From Malacoraja senta (taxonomy: Eukaryota): 64,000 bases of DNA. The notes beneath the pieces are model-generated. The model did not search any database. It worked only from the letters and a program-made list of their open reading frames with translations, and was not told the DNA's origin. Location of the stretch: positions 22,322,001-22,386,000 of the forward strand of contig CM075987.1 of assembly GCA_038087875.1 (NCBI GenBank), given 5' to 3'. Each line of letters begins with the position of its first letter. The first letter of the stretch is position 1. Both the position numbers and the translations under genes were made by a program. This document shows positions 36,320-48,909 of the stretch, piece after piece.

Positions 36320-36620
36320 CACAGTGGCACAATAGACAAGAGACATCTACACAGAGCTTGGATCCTGGTTCGATCCTGACCTCTCGTGCTGCCTGTGTGG
36401 AATTTGCAGATTCTTGCTGTGACTGTTAAGGTTTCCACTCACATCCCGACTTGTGTTAATTGGCTGTAAATTTGCTCTGAACTGTTGGCAAGAAAATTAA
36501 TGGGGAGTTGATGAAAATATAAAAGAACTAAATTCACCGGGAAAATAACTGGGGAATGGGACTAGTTTGAACGCTCTGGGACCTGGCATTGACTCGATGG
36601 GCTGAAAGGCTTCCCTTTAA
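36320..36620 (+). mobile_element. Degraded HE1-like SINE
   Basis: GGTTCGATCCTGACCTC...TGTGTGGAATTTGCA. Confidence 0.6.
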
Positions 36621-37110
36621 GTTGTTAAAAAATGAGAACCCTAGTCCATGCTGTTAGCCATGTAATTCTTATTTTGGGAGAGATTTGGAGTCCAATAGTT
36701 GGACTTGTGCCACTGGTTAAGAGCTCCTGCCGCTAACAGCTATGTAATAACATTCCCTCGACAATAATGGTTATGCAGGGCTCATCGATTGATAGAATAG
36801 ATTGATAGATATCAGTATGATATCTCATATGGTCAAGTAATCTGTTCTTCACACCTAGGATTCTACCTGAAGAATGGTCACTATTCCAGGGCACTGGAAC
36901 ATGGTGTAAGTCCATGTTTTCAGGAGAGGATGCCCCGTTAGAGTTATTGCTTTCAAGACGAGAGGTGACTCGTGCCTCATTGAGAATGAATAACTTTATA
37001 AGCTGAGGCAACCTGTATCCTTCTACCAAAATGCAACGGACTAGGGCCCCTTTGAGTCTCAGTACCTTCAGGAAAGGAGAGAACCTATGAATCCGTGCGC
37101 TATCAGGTTT

Positions 37111-37493
37111 TGTAGAAACTTACAAAATTCTTAAGGGGTTGGACAGGCTAGATGCAGGAAGATTGTTCCCGATGTTGGGGAAGTCCAGAACAAGGGGTCA
37201 CAGTTTAAGGATAAAGGGGAAATCTTTTAGGACTGAGATGAGAAAAACATTTTTTACACAGAGAGTGGTGAATCTCTGGAACTCTCTGCCACATAATGTA
37301 GTTGAGGCCAGTTCATTGGCTATATTTAAGAGGGAGTTAGATGTGGCCCTTGTGGCTAAAGGGATCAGGGGGTATGGAGAGAAAGCAGGTACAGGATACT
37401 GAGTTGGATGATCAGCCATGATCATATTGAATGGCGGTGCAGGCTCGAAGGGCCGAATGGCCTACTCCTGCACCTATTTTCTATGTTTCTATG
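37111..37493 (+). mobile_element. Young CR1 3' fragment
   Basis: ETYKILKGLDRLDAGRLFPMLGKSRTRGH...GYGEKAGTGY. Confidence 0.95.
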
Positions 37494-37599
37494 AAAGGAA
37501 GAGGAAGAAAAACATGGCACTGTATCAAACTGTAATAAGATAACCTTGGTTGATTTTGTGCACAGTTCTCTTTCTTCAGTTCTCCTTCCTTTTCTTTCA

Positions 37600-38300
37600 A
37601 ATCTACCGCCATCTTAACACTCATCAAATGAGAACACCTTTGAGCTCCGCTTCCTTGTAAACTATCACTAAATTTGGACTTTACTCTCCAAATCATTGAC
37701 TGTGGTTTGATTTCCCCCTATCCCAGAATTTCACGTTTGAATTGCTCTGCCCTGGTCTCAGAAACAACAAAGTCCTACCCTCCATCCAATCCTGTCAATC
37801 TTTCATCAGCCTTTGCATGGCTGACGACATCAAACTCCACCGTGTGGATATCTGTAGCAACATTCTCACCCGCTTCAATCTATCCGACCCGTTGTGGTGA
37901 GATATTAACCGGCAATTGCAACTCTAGCAAGTGCCACAGCTTTACCTTCAGTGTTATCCAAGGATTGATCTTTGACCAGCTCCTTCCCTTACCTCAATGT
38001 TACCTCTGAGAGACCGATAAAAAATACAGTGAACTTTCCACAGCTCCTGCTCCATTGCCTAATGCCTCTCTGGACCCCACCGCCGTGGACAGCTTGTCCA
38101 GCATTCACTACTGTACTGGCGGAGATTTCCTCCTAAAACAACTGGGAGACTGGTTTACAATCATCTCTACCTCCTTCTAGTTCCTTGCCTCAGCTCGTCT
38201 TTTGTTGAAACCTTTGTTACTTGATCTAGCTCACTCCCTGAATCCACTCTCTGTAAACTTGAAGCCAAGCAAGCTCTGCTCTGCCTGTCCTAATTCCATT
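37600..38300 (+). mobile_element. Possible ancient L2-like LINE remnant (more pieces at about 39220-39430 and 56140-56390)
   Basis: Pyrimidine-rich, very weak echoes of RT blocks (NLSSAF, SVIQGLIF). Confidence 0.35.
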
Positions 38301-38521
38301 TTCCTACAATACTACTGGCCGGACAGTCTGAAGAATGGTCTCGACCCGAAACGTCACCCATTCCTTCTCTCCAGAGATTCTGCCTGTCCCGCTGAGTTAC
38401 TTCAGCTTTTTGTGTCTATCTTCGGTTTAAACCAGCATCTGCAGTTCCTTCCTACACTGGACAGTGTTTGGGACTGACCAGAGAGGTCACAGAGCGAACT
38501 GTGGATTCTGTCATTAAGTGC

Positions 38522-39045
38522 ACATAGAACATAGAATAGGATAGCACAGGTCCTTCGGCCCACAATGTCCATGCCAAACATAATGCCCGGTTAATCTAAT
38601 CTCCTCCATTCCCCACTTATTCACGTGTCCAACTAAAAGCCTCTTAAATACCACTATCTGCACTTGATCCAATTCCATCCATTCCCTGCTTATCTAAAAG
38701 CCTCGTAAATGCCACAGTCGTATCTGCCTCCACCACCATCCAAGCAGTGAATTCCAGGCACCCACCACCCTCTGTGTAAGTGAAAAACTTGCCCGCACAT
38801 CTTTAAACCGTGTCCCTTGCGCCTTAAAGGTAAACTCTCTAGTCTTTGACATTTCCACTCCGAGAAACAAGTTCTGACTGCCCTGTCGATGCCTCTCATA
38901 GTTTTTTATACTTCTATCAGGACTTCCCTCAACCTCCAGCACTCCAGAGAAAACAATCCAAGTTTGTCCAACCTCTCCTTATAGTTAATACCCTCTAATC
39001 CAAGCTGTTTTCCGATAAACCTCTTCTGCCCCCTCTCCATATACT
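38522..39045 (-). mobile_element. Older CR1 3' fragment(s)
   Basis: LEGINYKERLDKLGLFSLE, TQRVVGAWNSL; (ATAGAAC)n tail. Confidence 0.85.
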
Positions 39046-39434
39046 TCTCTCTGGAGAATTTTGGATTACAGGTGATGCGAGATTTATGAAAACCATGCAG
39101 CAAATGGAGCGGATGCCAAAGATCAGACCAACCCCAATCTTATTGAATGGTTGACCAGGGGCAGCATGGCCCATCCCTGTTCCTAGAACTGATGTTCTTA
39201 TAAATATATCTTTATTTTAGCACGCACTGTCTTTGCTGACCTCACTGGGTTGCGGTTAAGGAGTGGCTTGATTTTCGAAATCCCATCCTTGTTATTCAAA
39301 TCCTCTCCCTATTTTTGTAATTTCCCCCAATTCTGCAGCCCTCCAACATACCCATGCCTCTCCATTTCTGGCTTCCTGATCATCCCAGATTGCTCCAACA
39401 TTGACAACCGTGCCTTCAGCTGTAGGGTGCTGGG

Positions 39435-39711
39435 TTCACGAGAGTCAAGAGCATTTAATTGTCATACGTACCAAAAACAGAACAATGAAATTCTTATTTG
39501 CAGTAGCATAACATGCCTGTAAACACAGTACTCAGAGATAATTTATAGATTTTTTTTGTTTATTATGTGAAAAAACCCAATGTTAGTGCAAAAAGGCTGA
39601 AGTGCTTGGTGCAATCAAAACAGTTCGCAGTTCATAACCTAGTTGCTGTTTGCAGTGTTCGAGAGCCTGATGGTTGTTGGGAAGAAGCTGTTCTTGAACC
39701 TGGAGGTCACA
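39435..39711 (-). mobile_element. Rex1/Babar-type 3' end
   Basis: GAGAGCCTGATGGTTGTTGGGAAGAAGCTGTTCTTGAACCTGGAGG; GAACAATGAAATTCTT. Confidence 0.7.
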
Positions 39712-40016
39712 GTTTAGTTTAATTTAGAGATACAGGGCGGAAACAGGCCCTTCAGCCCACCGAGTCCGCGCCGACCAGCGATCACCGCACACTACCACTA
39801 TCCTACACACACTAGAGACAATTTACAATTTTACCAAGTCATTTAACCTACAAACCTGTTCGTCTTTGGAGTGTGAGTCTTTGGAGGAAACCGGAGCTCC
39901 CGGAGAAAACCGAGCAGACGTACAAACTCCATACAGACAGCACATGTAGTCAGGATTGAACCTGGGTCATTGGCGCTGTAAGGCATCAACTCTACCTCTG
40001 TGCCACTGTGCTGCCA
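39712..40016 (-). mobile_element. HE1-like SINE
   Basis: Head, core and (TTTAG)n tail. Confidence 0.85.
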
Positions 40017-41394
40017 TGTTCTTGAATTAACCCTCAAACTCTCTCTGAATCTGCTCTCCTTCCTCCATTAGAGCAGCTTCAACCTATTCCATTTATGAGG
40101 ATATTGATATGTGATCCAATTGTCCAATCTGTGTTTGATAATGCAGTTGGGAAGTGCCACGGGATACTTTACTAAGTTACTATATAAATGTAAGTGGGCA
40201 GCACTGTTGCGGAGGGGAGAGGGTTAAAAGCACCAGCCTCTGTGAAATGGTGTTTTTTCAGAAAAGGAGGCTGCTTATTTAACAGATGCTGCAATGGTCA
40301 AGGAGATAGGTTTTGGTAGGAGAGATGGGTGAAGCTATGGAATAAATGCTCCTGTGAGCTGGGAACATTGGAGGAGCGAGAGTGAAGGCTTGAATTCCCC
40401 AGAGTCTGCTGTGCGGCTTGCGAAAGGAAGCCTGGAGCAGTGAAGCAGGGATGGCTGTTTCACAGAAATTTCAGTTATTTTTGTTACTGGGTTTTAAGCC
40501 AACAAAAAAAAAAAATGAAGCTGTGGAGAAAAAAAAAGGGAATAGCAAGGACGGGAGCAAAAAATAGATTTTAAGACGTTAATTTTGTTGAATTTGTTCA
40601 TGCAATGTGGCATCATTAGCAAGGCTGGGGGTTAATGCATATCTTGGAGCAGTCGTTGGAAAGTTACCTTACCCCACAGTGCCCGTATGTGGGGGTTCTG
40701 GTATTTAAACCAAATGATGATAAAGGATCAGCGATTTACTTACACGTTACGGTCGTGTGTGATCAAGATGGGAACGTACAAATAGTGGTGTTCCCATGAA
40801 CTTGTTGCTGTTGGTCCATATGGTTGGTTTGGCAACTGATGGCATGGCAATTTCTTGCATTCCGTCTTGTAGTCGCAGTCTTGTGGTGGTGAAATCAATG
40901 AGTGTTTAGGGTGGCGGAGAAAGTGCTTTCCCAGGGATAGAGTCAAGCACATTCTGTCATCCACGTAATTTGGGCTCCGTACATGGTCTCAGGAGACCAC
41001 CTTTCATCCGATAACCATCCTCTGATCTAGCTTGCAAGCGCAGGATTGAAGTATCTGGTAAATTTCAAGTCAATGGTCAAGTTTCCATACAAGATGTAGA
41101 CTCTAGTAACTGCAGATCCTTGTTTACGAAAAAAGATCTCTGGAGAACATGGTCAGGCGACGTTTTGGGTCGGGACCTCTTTACAGACTCGAAATGTTGC
41201 CTATCCATGTTCTCCAAAGATGCTGCCTGACCAAGTGAGTTACTCCAGCACTTTGTGTCTCCCCTCCGGCGTGTTGGTGGTTAGGACACTTGGCAATGAT
41301 TTTGCCACTGAATGTGAAGGAGAAATGGTTCACCTCTCTCTCGTTGGAGGTGATCATTGCCTGGGATTGTGTGACATGATTGTTATTTTCTCTC

Positions 41395-41690
41395 AGTTGT
41401 TTGTTCAGCCCACTGAGTCCAGTGCCAGTTTTCAGAGAGCCTTTGCACCAGTTCCGTTCCCACACATACTTTCCTACAGCCACGCTTTTCTCACACACAT
41501 GCCTATCAGCACCCCCTCCATCCTGTTGCTGCTCCCTTTACCAGTAGCCAATTAAACTAACAAGCAACATGTCCTTGGGATGTGGCAGGAAATGGGAGTA
41601 CCAGGAGAAACTCATGTGGTCACAGGGAGAACGTGTAAACACCGCACAGACAGCACCAGAGATCAGAATTGAACCCAACTTGCCATTAAG
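41395..41690 (-). mobile_element. Older HE1-like SINE
   Basis: GGTCACAGGGAGAACGTGTAAAC..CACAGACAGCACC..GAATTGAACCC. Confidence 0.7.
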
Positions 41691-41820
41691 TGGCTGTGCT
41701 GAATGTGCCTGGGACTTGTAGTTTTCCAGCAGAGACTTTATCATGATCTGAACAGTTGTGACATGACTTGAATATGGTGCGGTCACCAGAAAGTATTTTC
41801 ACATCTGACATTGTGTTTCA

Positions 41821-42116
41821 TTTAGTTTTGTTTAGATATACAGCACGGAGACAGGCCCTTCGGCCCACTGAGTCCGCACCGACCAGCAAACCCGTATATT
41901 AACACTATCCTACACACACGAGGGACAATTTACAATTTTTATAAATGCCAATTAAATTAAACCTTTACGCCTTTGGAGTGTGGGAGGAAGCGGAGCACCT
42001 GGATAAACCCCACGTGGTCACAGGAAGAATGTACAAGCTCGGTACAGACAGCACCTGTAGTCAGGATGGAACCCGGGTGTCTGGAGCTGGGAGGCAGCGA
42101 CTCTACGGTGCACTGC
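41821..42116 (-). mobile_element. HE1-like SINE
   Basis: Full head/core/tail. Confidence 0.85.
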
Positions 42117-42166
42117 CCTCTCCCTTGTGGTTGAGGAATCAGCAGAAGACGATTGACTCTAAGTTG

Positions 42167-42395
42167 CTTAAGAAGGAACTGCAGATGCTGGAAAATCGAA
42201 AGTAGACAGAAATGCTGGAGAAAGTCAGCGGGTGAGGCAGCATCTATGGAGCGAAGGAAATAGGCAACATTTCGGGTCGAAACCCTTCTTCAGACAGAAG
42301 ATGGGTCTGAGGAAGGGTTTCGACCCAAAACGTTGCCTATTTCCTTCGCTCCATAGATGCTGCCTCACCCGCTGACTTTCTCCAGCATTTTCTAC
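42167..42395. mobile_element. Palindromic (inverted pair) Penelope-like end unit
   Basis: 42208-42295 and 42306-42393 are near-perfect reverse complements. Confidence 0.85.
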
Positions 42396-42859
42396 TCTGA
42401 GAGTTCCCTGATCAAGGACTTGGACCTAAGATAACTAATTTCCAACAACCAATCCCATTGATTCCTGCTGATTTTGGTTTCACTGACGCACGCTCGATCA
42501 GAATTTGCCTTGATGTCCAGGTCAATCATTCTCACTGAAGTTATCTTGTCCATATTTGGGGAAGGACTGTGTGGAGCTGATTAGTTGGAGCTGGCAGAAT
42601 CCAAATGGGGCATCACTGGAGAGGCTATTGGTAGGTGATCTGATTCTTCTTAGATGGTCCCTCAGGGTCCAGGGTGACTTGCTTTCATGCTAGTTCTATG
42701 GGATCTAAGGCAGTTGATGAGGCCATCTGCAGACTCTGGTGGGGCAGGAAGAGCGGGGAGTTAGTCTGAGAGGTGGTGTGCTCCACTTTCACTGAGTTTC
42801 TAGATGTGGAGACTTGAAGATCTGAATGCATGAATTTAATCAAAATACAGCAACATCAA

Positions 42860-43950
42860 TAACAACTGTGTTTTTTGGAGGAGATAACATTGATGAGGGT
42901 AACATGCTGATTGCAGTCTAGAGGGATTTTAGAAAGGCTCGTGACAAAGCCTTGCATGGTAGGCTGTTGAGAAAAGTGAAATAAATCTTTCCAAGGCAAT
43001 TGGAAACTTTCATCCAAAAGTGACCTTGTGGTTAGAAGCACGAAGCAAAGGGTCAACAGCTGTTTGTGTGACCGGATGGTTGCTGGAAGTGGGGTTCCAT
43101 GTATTTTACATTGCTTTATTTGCTGAGCATGCCAGTAATTTAGACGTAAAAGTACAAACCATGATTAAGAAATTTGCAGATAATAATGGAGTCGGCCATG
43201 TAATTGTCAGTGAGAAAGTAAGCTATTGGCTGCATTTAGACTGGTCAGTGGACAGAAAAGAAGGCAATATAATTCAACCCAGCGAAAACTGAACTCATGC
43301 TCTTGGGAACAACTGCAAGTTGTTTAGTTTAGTTTAGAGGGATAGCACAGAAACAGGCCCTTCAGCCCATCGAGTCCTCGCCGACCAGCGATCCTGCACA
43401 TTAACACTCGGGACAATTTATAATCTTACCAAGCCAATTAACCTGTACGCCTTTGGAGTGTGGGAGGAAACTGAAGCTCTCAGTGAAAATCCTCACAGGT
43501 CACGGGAAGAACGTACAAACTCCGTACAGACAGCACCCGTAGTCAGGTTCAAACCCAGGTTCCTGGCGCTGTAAGGCAGCAACACTATCGTTGTGCATCC
43601 GTGCTGTCCCATTGGCATACAGAATAGATGGAGTGATCATGAGGAATGTAAAGGAAAAGAGGGGTGCAGTTCCAAAGATCTCTGAAACTGGGACGGAAAT
43701 AAATTGGTGATGAGGTTATATGGGATCCATTCTTTTATTATCCGTGGCTTAGAATCAAAGATCAGGGAGGACATGCTCAGCTAAATAAAGCACTCGTTAG
43801 ACCACAGCTAGAATACCATGTACATTTCTGGTCACCACATTATATGAAAGCTATGACAGCAGTAAAGAAGGTACAAAGGAGATTTCTGAGAATGTTGTCC
43901 GGGCTGGAGAATTTTAATCATGAGGAAAGATTAACTGTGTTGGTATTGTA
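42860..43950 (+). mobile_element. Old CR1 RT region interrupted by a SINE
   Basis: DFRKARDKALH, IKKFADN, LVRPQLEYHVHFWSPHY. Confidence 0.75.
43321..43610 (-). mobile_element. HE1-like SINE
   Basis: Head/core/(TTTAG)n tail. Confidence 0.85.
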
Positions 43951-44105
43951 GACACAACGAACTGCAGATGCTGGTTTACCAAAAAAAAGACACAAAGTGC
44001 TGGAGTAATGCAGCAGGTCAGGCAGCAAGACGCAAGGAACTGCAGATAGACACAAAATGCTGGAGTAACTCAGCGGGACAGGCAGCAACTCTGGAGAGAA
44101 GGAAT

Positions 44106-44141
44106 GGGTGACATTTCGGGTCGAGACCCTTCTTCAGACCC
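44106..44141 (-). ncRNA. Minimal type-I hammerhead ribozyme motif in a Penelope-like end
   Basis: GGGT-CTGAAGA-A-GGGT-CTCG-ACCC-GAAA-TG-TC-ACCC: stem I, core CUGANGA/GAAA, stem II, GUC cleavage triplet, almost no stem III. Confidence 0.65.
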
Positions 44142-44496
44142 AGAACTCTCGTCGGAGAGAGAAGGGGAACGTCTTCAAAGTAGGTATACCTTGAGGAGAT
44201 TTAACTTCTTCAAATCCTGGTTTAGGCTGGAGTTTTTGTCTTCCTGAGAAATATGAGGCTGAAGGGTGATGTAAGGTTTTTGTCTATCCTTTTCTCCAGG
44301 ACACAGATGTAACTGGCAAGGCCAGTATTAACTGATCTTCTCTGATTTCCCCCGAGAAGGTGATGGTGAGCTGCATTCTTCAGCTACCGCTGTCCTGCTG
44401 GTGAAGCTACTCCACGGTGCTGCCAGAGAGGGAACGCCAGGAGTTCAACCCATCGGCAATATAGTGAGAATGTAGTGAGAATATAGTGAGAATACA

Positions 44497-44772
44497 ATGT
44501 GAGGGGTAGGCCATTTAAGACTGAGATGAGGAAAACCTTTTTCACCCAGAGAGTTGTGAATCTGTGGAATTCTCTGCCACAGAAGGCAGTGGAGGCCAAT
44601 TCACTGGATGTTTTGAAGAGAGAGTTAGATGTAGCTCTTAGGGCTAATAGAATCAAGGGATATGGGGAAAAAGCAGGAACGGGGTACTGATTTTGGATGA
44701 TCAGCCATGATCATATTGAATGGCAGTGCTGGCTCAAAGGGCCAAATGGCCCACACCTAATTTCTATGTTTA
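44497..44772 (+). mobile_element. CR1 3' fragment
   Basis: RGRPFKTEMRKTFFTQRVVNLWNSLPQKAVEA. Confidence 0.9.
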
Positions 44773-45925
44773 TGGAGATAGGAACCTGTAGGTGGTGGCG
44801 TTACTATGCACCTGCTATCTTTGCCCTCAGTGACAGAAGTCACAGTCTGAGCTTCTTACCAGACTGGCCTCCCTTGGAGAATATTTTTGAAAATTGAAGG
44901 GTCTAAGATGCTGATAGGCTTAGAAAGAGTGGAAGATAAGGATTGAAGATAGACACAAAATGCTGGGGTAACTCAGCAGGTCAGGCAGCATCTCTGGAGA
45001 AAAGGAGACAAGATAAGGATTGATTCATCTGTGGGTGATAATTCGTAGAAGATGGGTGGAAAGTTTGCAGATGGGTTGAGATAGAAAGCTGAAACTCATT
45101 GCCAGACAGGATGGAAGAGAAGTAAACCACTAAACACGTTTAACAAGTACTTGACAAGTCGTGGCAGAAACCTGTGAGATTATGGAGTAGGAGCTGGACA
45201 GTGTGAATAGGGAGAGGAAACCATTCTAATCTTGATGGGCAGAGTGGCCCTGTGCGCCACAATTTATTTTGTGTGATTCTAGCAATAAATGCCATTTGGT
45301 AGCAGTGTCGGCAAAGCCATCTGCTGCTTTGATTGAGAAGGGAGGAGAAGGAGAGCTGGTAATTGGGCAGATTGGATTTGTCTTGCTTCTGTTTGATTCC
45401 AATTTGACATCGTCAGATGTTCACCTCCGACTCGTTTCAGTCCGTTTCCGAATTTGAGCCGCAGAGCTGGGCTCCTGCAGTGACTCAGACAAAAGCAAAG
45501 CTGGTCGCCTGGGCCTCAGTTACCCAACTGAGCTGATCTAACTGGACAAGGAGAATGACGTGAGAGTAATCGAGGGGTTGGAACAAAATTGCACCAGGAT
45601 TGCACAGTGAGTGATTCCTGGTGGTAGATATACAAATATATAAATCTGATGGGCTCAGTGAAATAACCAGCTGATCATCCAAGATCACACTCGCATGAAT
45701 TGTCAGAGTGCCCTCAAAGTGTACCCGAGAAAATCTTCAATCTGCAAGCAAAACAATGGCAAATTCACATACACCTCCTCACATTTATACATTTGTAAAA
45801 TTATGTACACGTTGCCAGGGAGTTATGCATATGCCACATTTGTTAAAACACATTCACAAATACACACATACATTATCTACTTAAACGATCATGCACATGC
45901 ATTCACACACGTACATCTATTCATC

Positions 45926-46170
45926 TTCTTTAGTCAGAGGGCGGTGAATCTGGGATTCATTGCCACAGAAGGCTGTGGAGGCCGTCAATGGGTATTTTGA
46001 AGGCAGAGATAGACAGATTATTTTGATTAGTATGGGGGTCAGGGGTTATGGGGAGAAGGCAGGAGAATAGGGTTAGGCAGGAGAAATAGATCAGCCATGA
46101 TTGAATGGCGGAGTTGACTTGATGGGCCAAATGGCCTAATTCTGCTCCTATGACATGAATTTATGAACTT
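45926..46170 (+). mobile_element. CR1 3' fragment
   Basis: FFSQRAVNL; GATCAGCCATGATTGAATGGCGGAG. Confidence 0.85.
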
Positions 46171-47529
46171 ATGGAGATATTCATGTACACACAGGTCCAA
46201 ATTTAGAACATTTATCAGTGAATGGAAAAGAGGGACAGGGTGGAGCAAAGAGCCACAAAATGGAGCAGAGATAGACGAGACGAAAGAAAGGCGAAGCAAC
46301 AAATAAAGAAGAGTGCAGAGAGAAAGAAGAATGGAAATAGAAAGAAAATGAGGGAGAACAGAATGAAGAGAGAGTGAGTAAAAACGAGAAAGAGCAGCAA
46401 CAAGAGCATGATGACAGAGAGTTGAAGGAGAAGATAACGAGGAACAGCACAGAGTCGCCACATTCCAGCGCCATCAGGTGTTGGGGGTCAGACTGCTCGT
46501 CGACCATTGAAAGTGCTGGTGGTGGAGGAGGTGTTGATGGCGACATTACAGAAAGTGAAGGTAAAATCATTTATAGTTCCTAAAATGAAATGACAAAGGA
46601 AAAGCTCTTTCATAAACTGCCTCTACACAACCCGCACACTAGTCTGTTTGACAGGGAATGGGTGTATGGAATAGGGAGAAAATAAAAGAGTAAGAAAGCT
46701 ATATAGAACAGAATGACTTAGTGTGTAATTTACCAGAAGAGATTTAATTAATGCATCAGAAAAGCATTCCATACAGAAAGAGAATTGAACAATCTTGATC
46801 AGGTTGAAATAAACAATGGGCTTTAAGTTGATTCAGTACTGCCCCATACCTCGGTAATATTTTCTGGTTCTGTATCTAATCAATGTGCCGTAGTGTCGTT
46901 AGAATGAACAGTTTACATCATGACCAAAACAGGCTACAAGTTAGGCCGTGGCTGACTCCTGCAACATATGGATTTGTTCAGACCACATCCTGAACCAATT
47001 CTGGTCACAAAGACATGAGAAAATACATTGCTCCCCATTGTTCAAGAGGCACATTGCCAGGTGAGTGTTGAGGGGCTTGTCTCGCAGACTTCGAGTCGTC
47101 TCCGCTGCCCAGCAAGAAAATGAGTGAAAAAGGAACAATGGGCATGATTTTAACTGAGGCTACATTTTGAGGTGAAAGACGAAAACAAGATTTTAGTGTA
47201 AGTGCCAGGGCCATTTTAACTCTAAAGTTAAAAAATTTCAACTCTATCTGCTGTCCCAAGAGTAATGGCAATAAGACTGACCAACAGGAAAGTGAGAAAA
47301 TAGGGCATTTGGAGAACACAAGGGAAGAGTTTTAACCCCAAGAAGGATGTTGGTGAGAATGGTGGTACTGGGAAGGAGAAGTCCTTCCATGGCTGACGCA
47401 AGCCCAGGAGGCACCCCAGTGGGAAGGAGCAGTCCTGCCCCTCATGGCCCACTAGATGTCCGGTCTCATCTCGCCTCTCTGCAGAGATTCCTGCTGCGGT
47501 AGATCTGTAGGGATTGGGTAGAGGGAACG

Positions 47530-47835
47530 GCACTGGGGTGCAGCGGCCTCACCTACAAGAGACCCAACTAACATTGAGTGCTGTTTTTGTGGAGCTTGCA
47601 TGCTCTCCCTGTGACAGCATGGATTTCCCCCACATTCCAAAAACATGGTAGTTCCACTGGCCACTGTAAATTGCCCCTGGAGGTAGAAAGGTGGGGATGG
47701 GGGGGAAGGAATTAATGAGAATGGGAGAACGTGGGAAGAATAAAAAATGGGATTAATGTAGGGTTACTGTAAATGGGTTGTCAATGGTTGGTGTGGATTT
47801 AGTTGGCTTCAGGGCCTGTTTCTCTGCTGTATGAT
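47530..47835 (+). mobile_element. Degraded HE1-like SINE
   Basis: GTGGAGCTTGCATGCTCTCCCTGTGAC...GGGCCTGTTTCTCTGCTGTATG. Confidence 0.65.
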
Positions 47836-48029
47836 TTCGGAATTTGCAAGCTAAAGTGTCATCACCATGTTGACGTCAGGCTGCGGCTCCTCAGTGTGAT
47901 GCGGAAATAAGGAACTGCAGGTGCTGGTTTACAAAAAAAAGATACAAAGTGCTGGAGTAACCCAGCAGGTCAGGCAGCATCTGTGGAGAACATGGGAAAG
48001 TTCATTTGAGGTGGATTACCAAAGAGGCA

Positions 48030-48375
48030 CCACAAAGCCATGGAGAGCTCCTACCAAATCTCTATCTGCAAAGCTCTCTGAATCCAAAGGGCAGATGAGG
48101 AGACATTAGTGGCATTCTCTCGCAGGCCAACATTGTTAGAAAAGAGATTGTAACCAAATATAGCCAGCACCAATGGGCAGGTAAGATTGTTTGCATGCTT
48201 GACACTATACCCCTTGAAACAAACACTCCAGTCCGAACACCATCAGCAGCAAGAAGTTACCAACTGGACAGAGGAAACAGTTCAACGGTGTTTGTCAATG
48301 CTTCCTTGAAAAAAATGTAAAACCTCCCCATTTACTTATTGGGACCTAAAGAAATGGAGACAAAGCATTCAGGTG
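48030..48375 (+). mobile_element. Degenerate RTE C-terminal remnant
   Basis: Similar to 18850-19180 (ILSQANI, QWAGKIVCMLD, GQRKQF, KWRQSIQ). Confidence 0.6.
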
Positions 48376-48560
48376 ACAATGTGATCCTTCAGTCTAATCA
48401 TTGGGAGCATTGAAATACCATTGTAAACAGTGGATGGAGTACGCCATGACGGAATGGATTGATCTCACATTGACTTCACCAGCCCCTTCAGAGCCCACAA
48501 AGCTGGGCTGAAAGCAAGTCGACCTCGACTCGACAGGACTGCCCAGGAATAACATGGGGA

Positions 48561-48909
48561 AATAGAAACATAGAAAATAGGTGCAGGAGGAGGCCATTCG
48601 GCCCTTCGAGTCAGCACCGCCATTCATTGTGATCATGGTTGATCGTCCCCTATCAATAACCCGTGCCTGCCTTCTCCCCATATCCCTTGACTCCACTAGC
48701 CCCTAGAGCTCTATCTAACTCTCTCTTAAATCCATCCAGTGACTTGGCCTCCACTGCCCTCTGTGGCATGGAATTCCATAAATTCACAACTCTCTGGGTG
48801 AAACGTTTTTTCTCACCTCAGTTTTAAATGACCTCCCCTTTATTCTAAGACTGTGGCCCCCTGGTTCTGGACTCGCCCAACATTGGGAACATTTTTCCTG
48901 CATCTAGCA
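48561..48909 (-). mobile_element. CR1 3' fragment
   Basis: LLDAGKMFPMLGESRTRG; (AGAAACAT)n tail. Confidence 0.9.
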
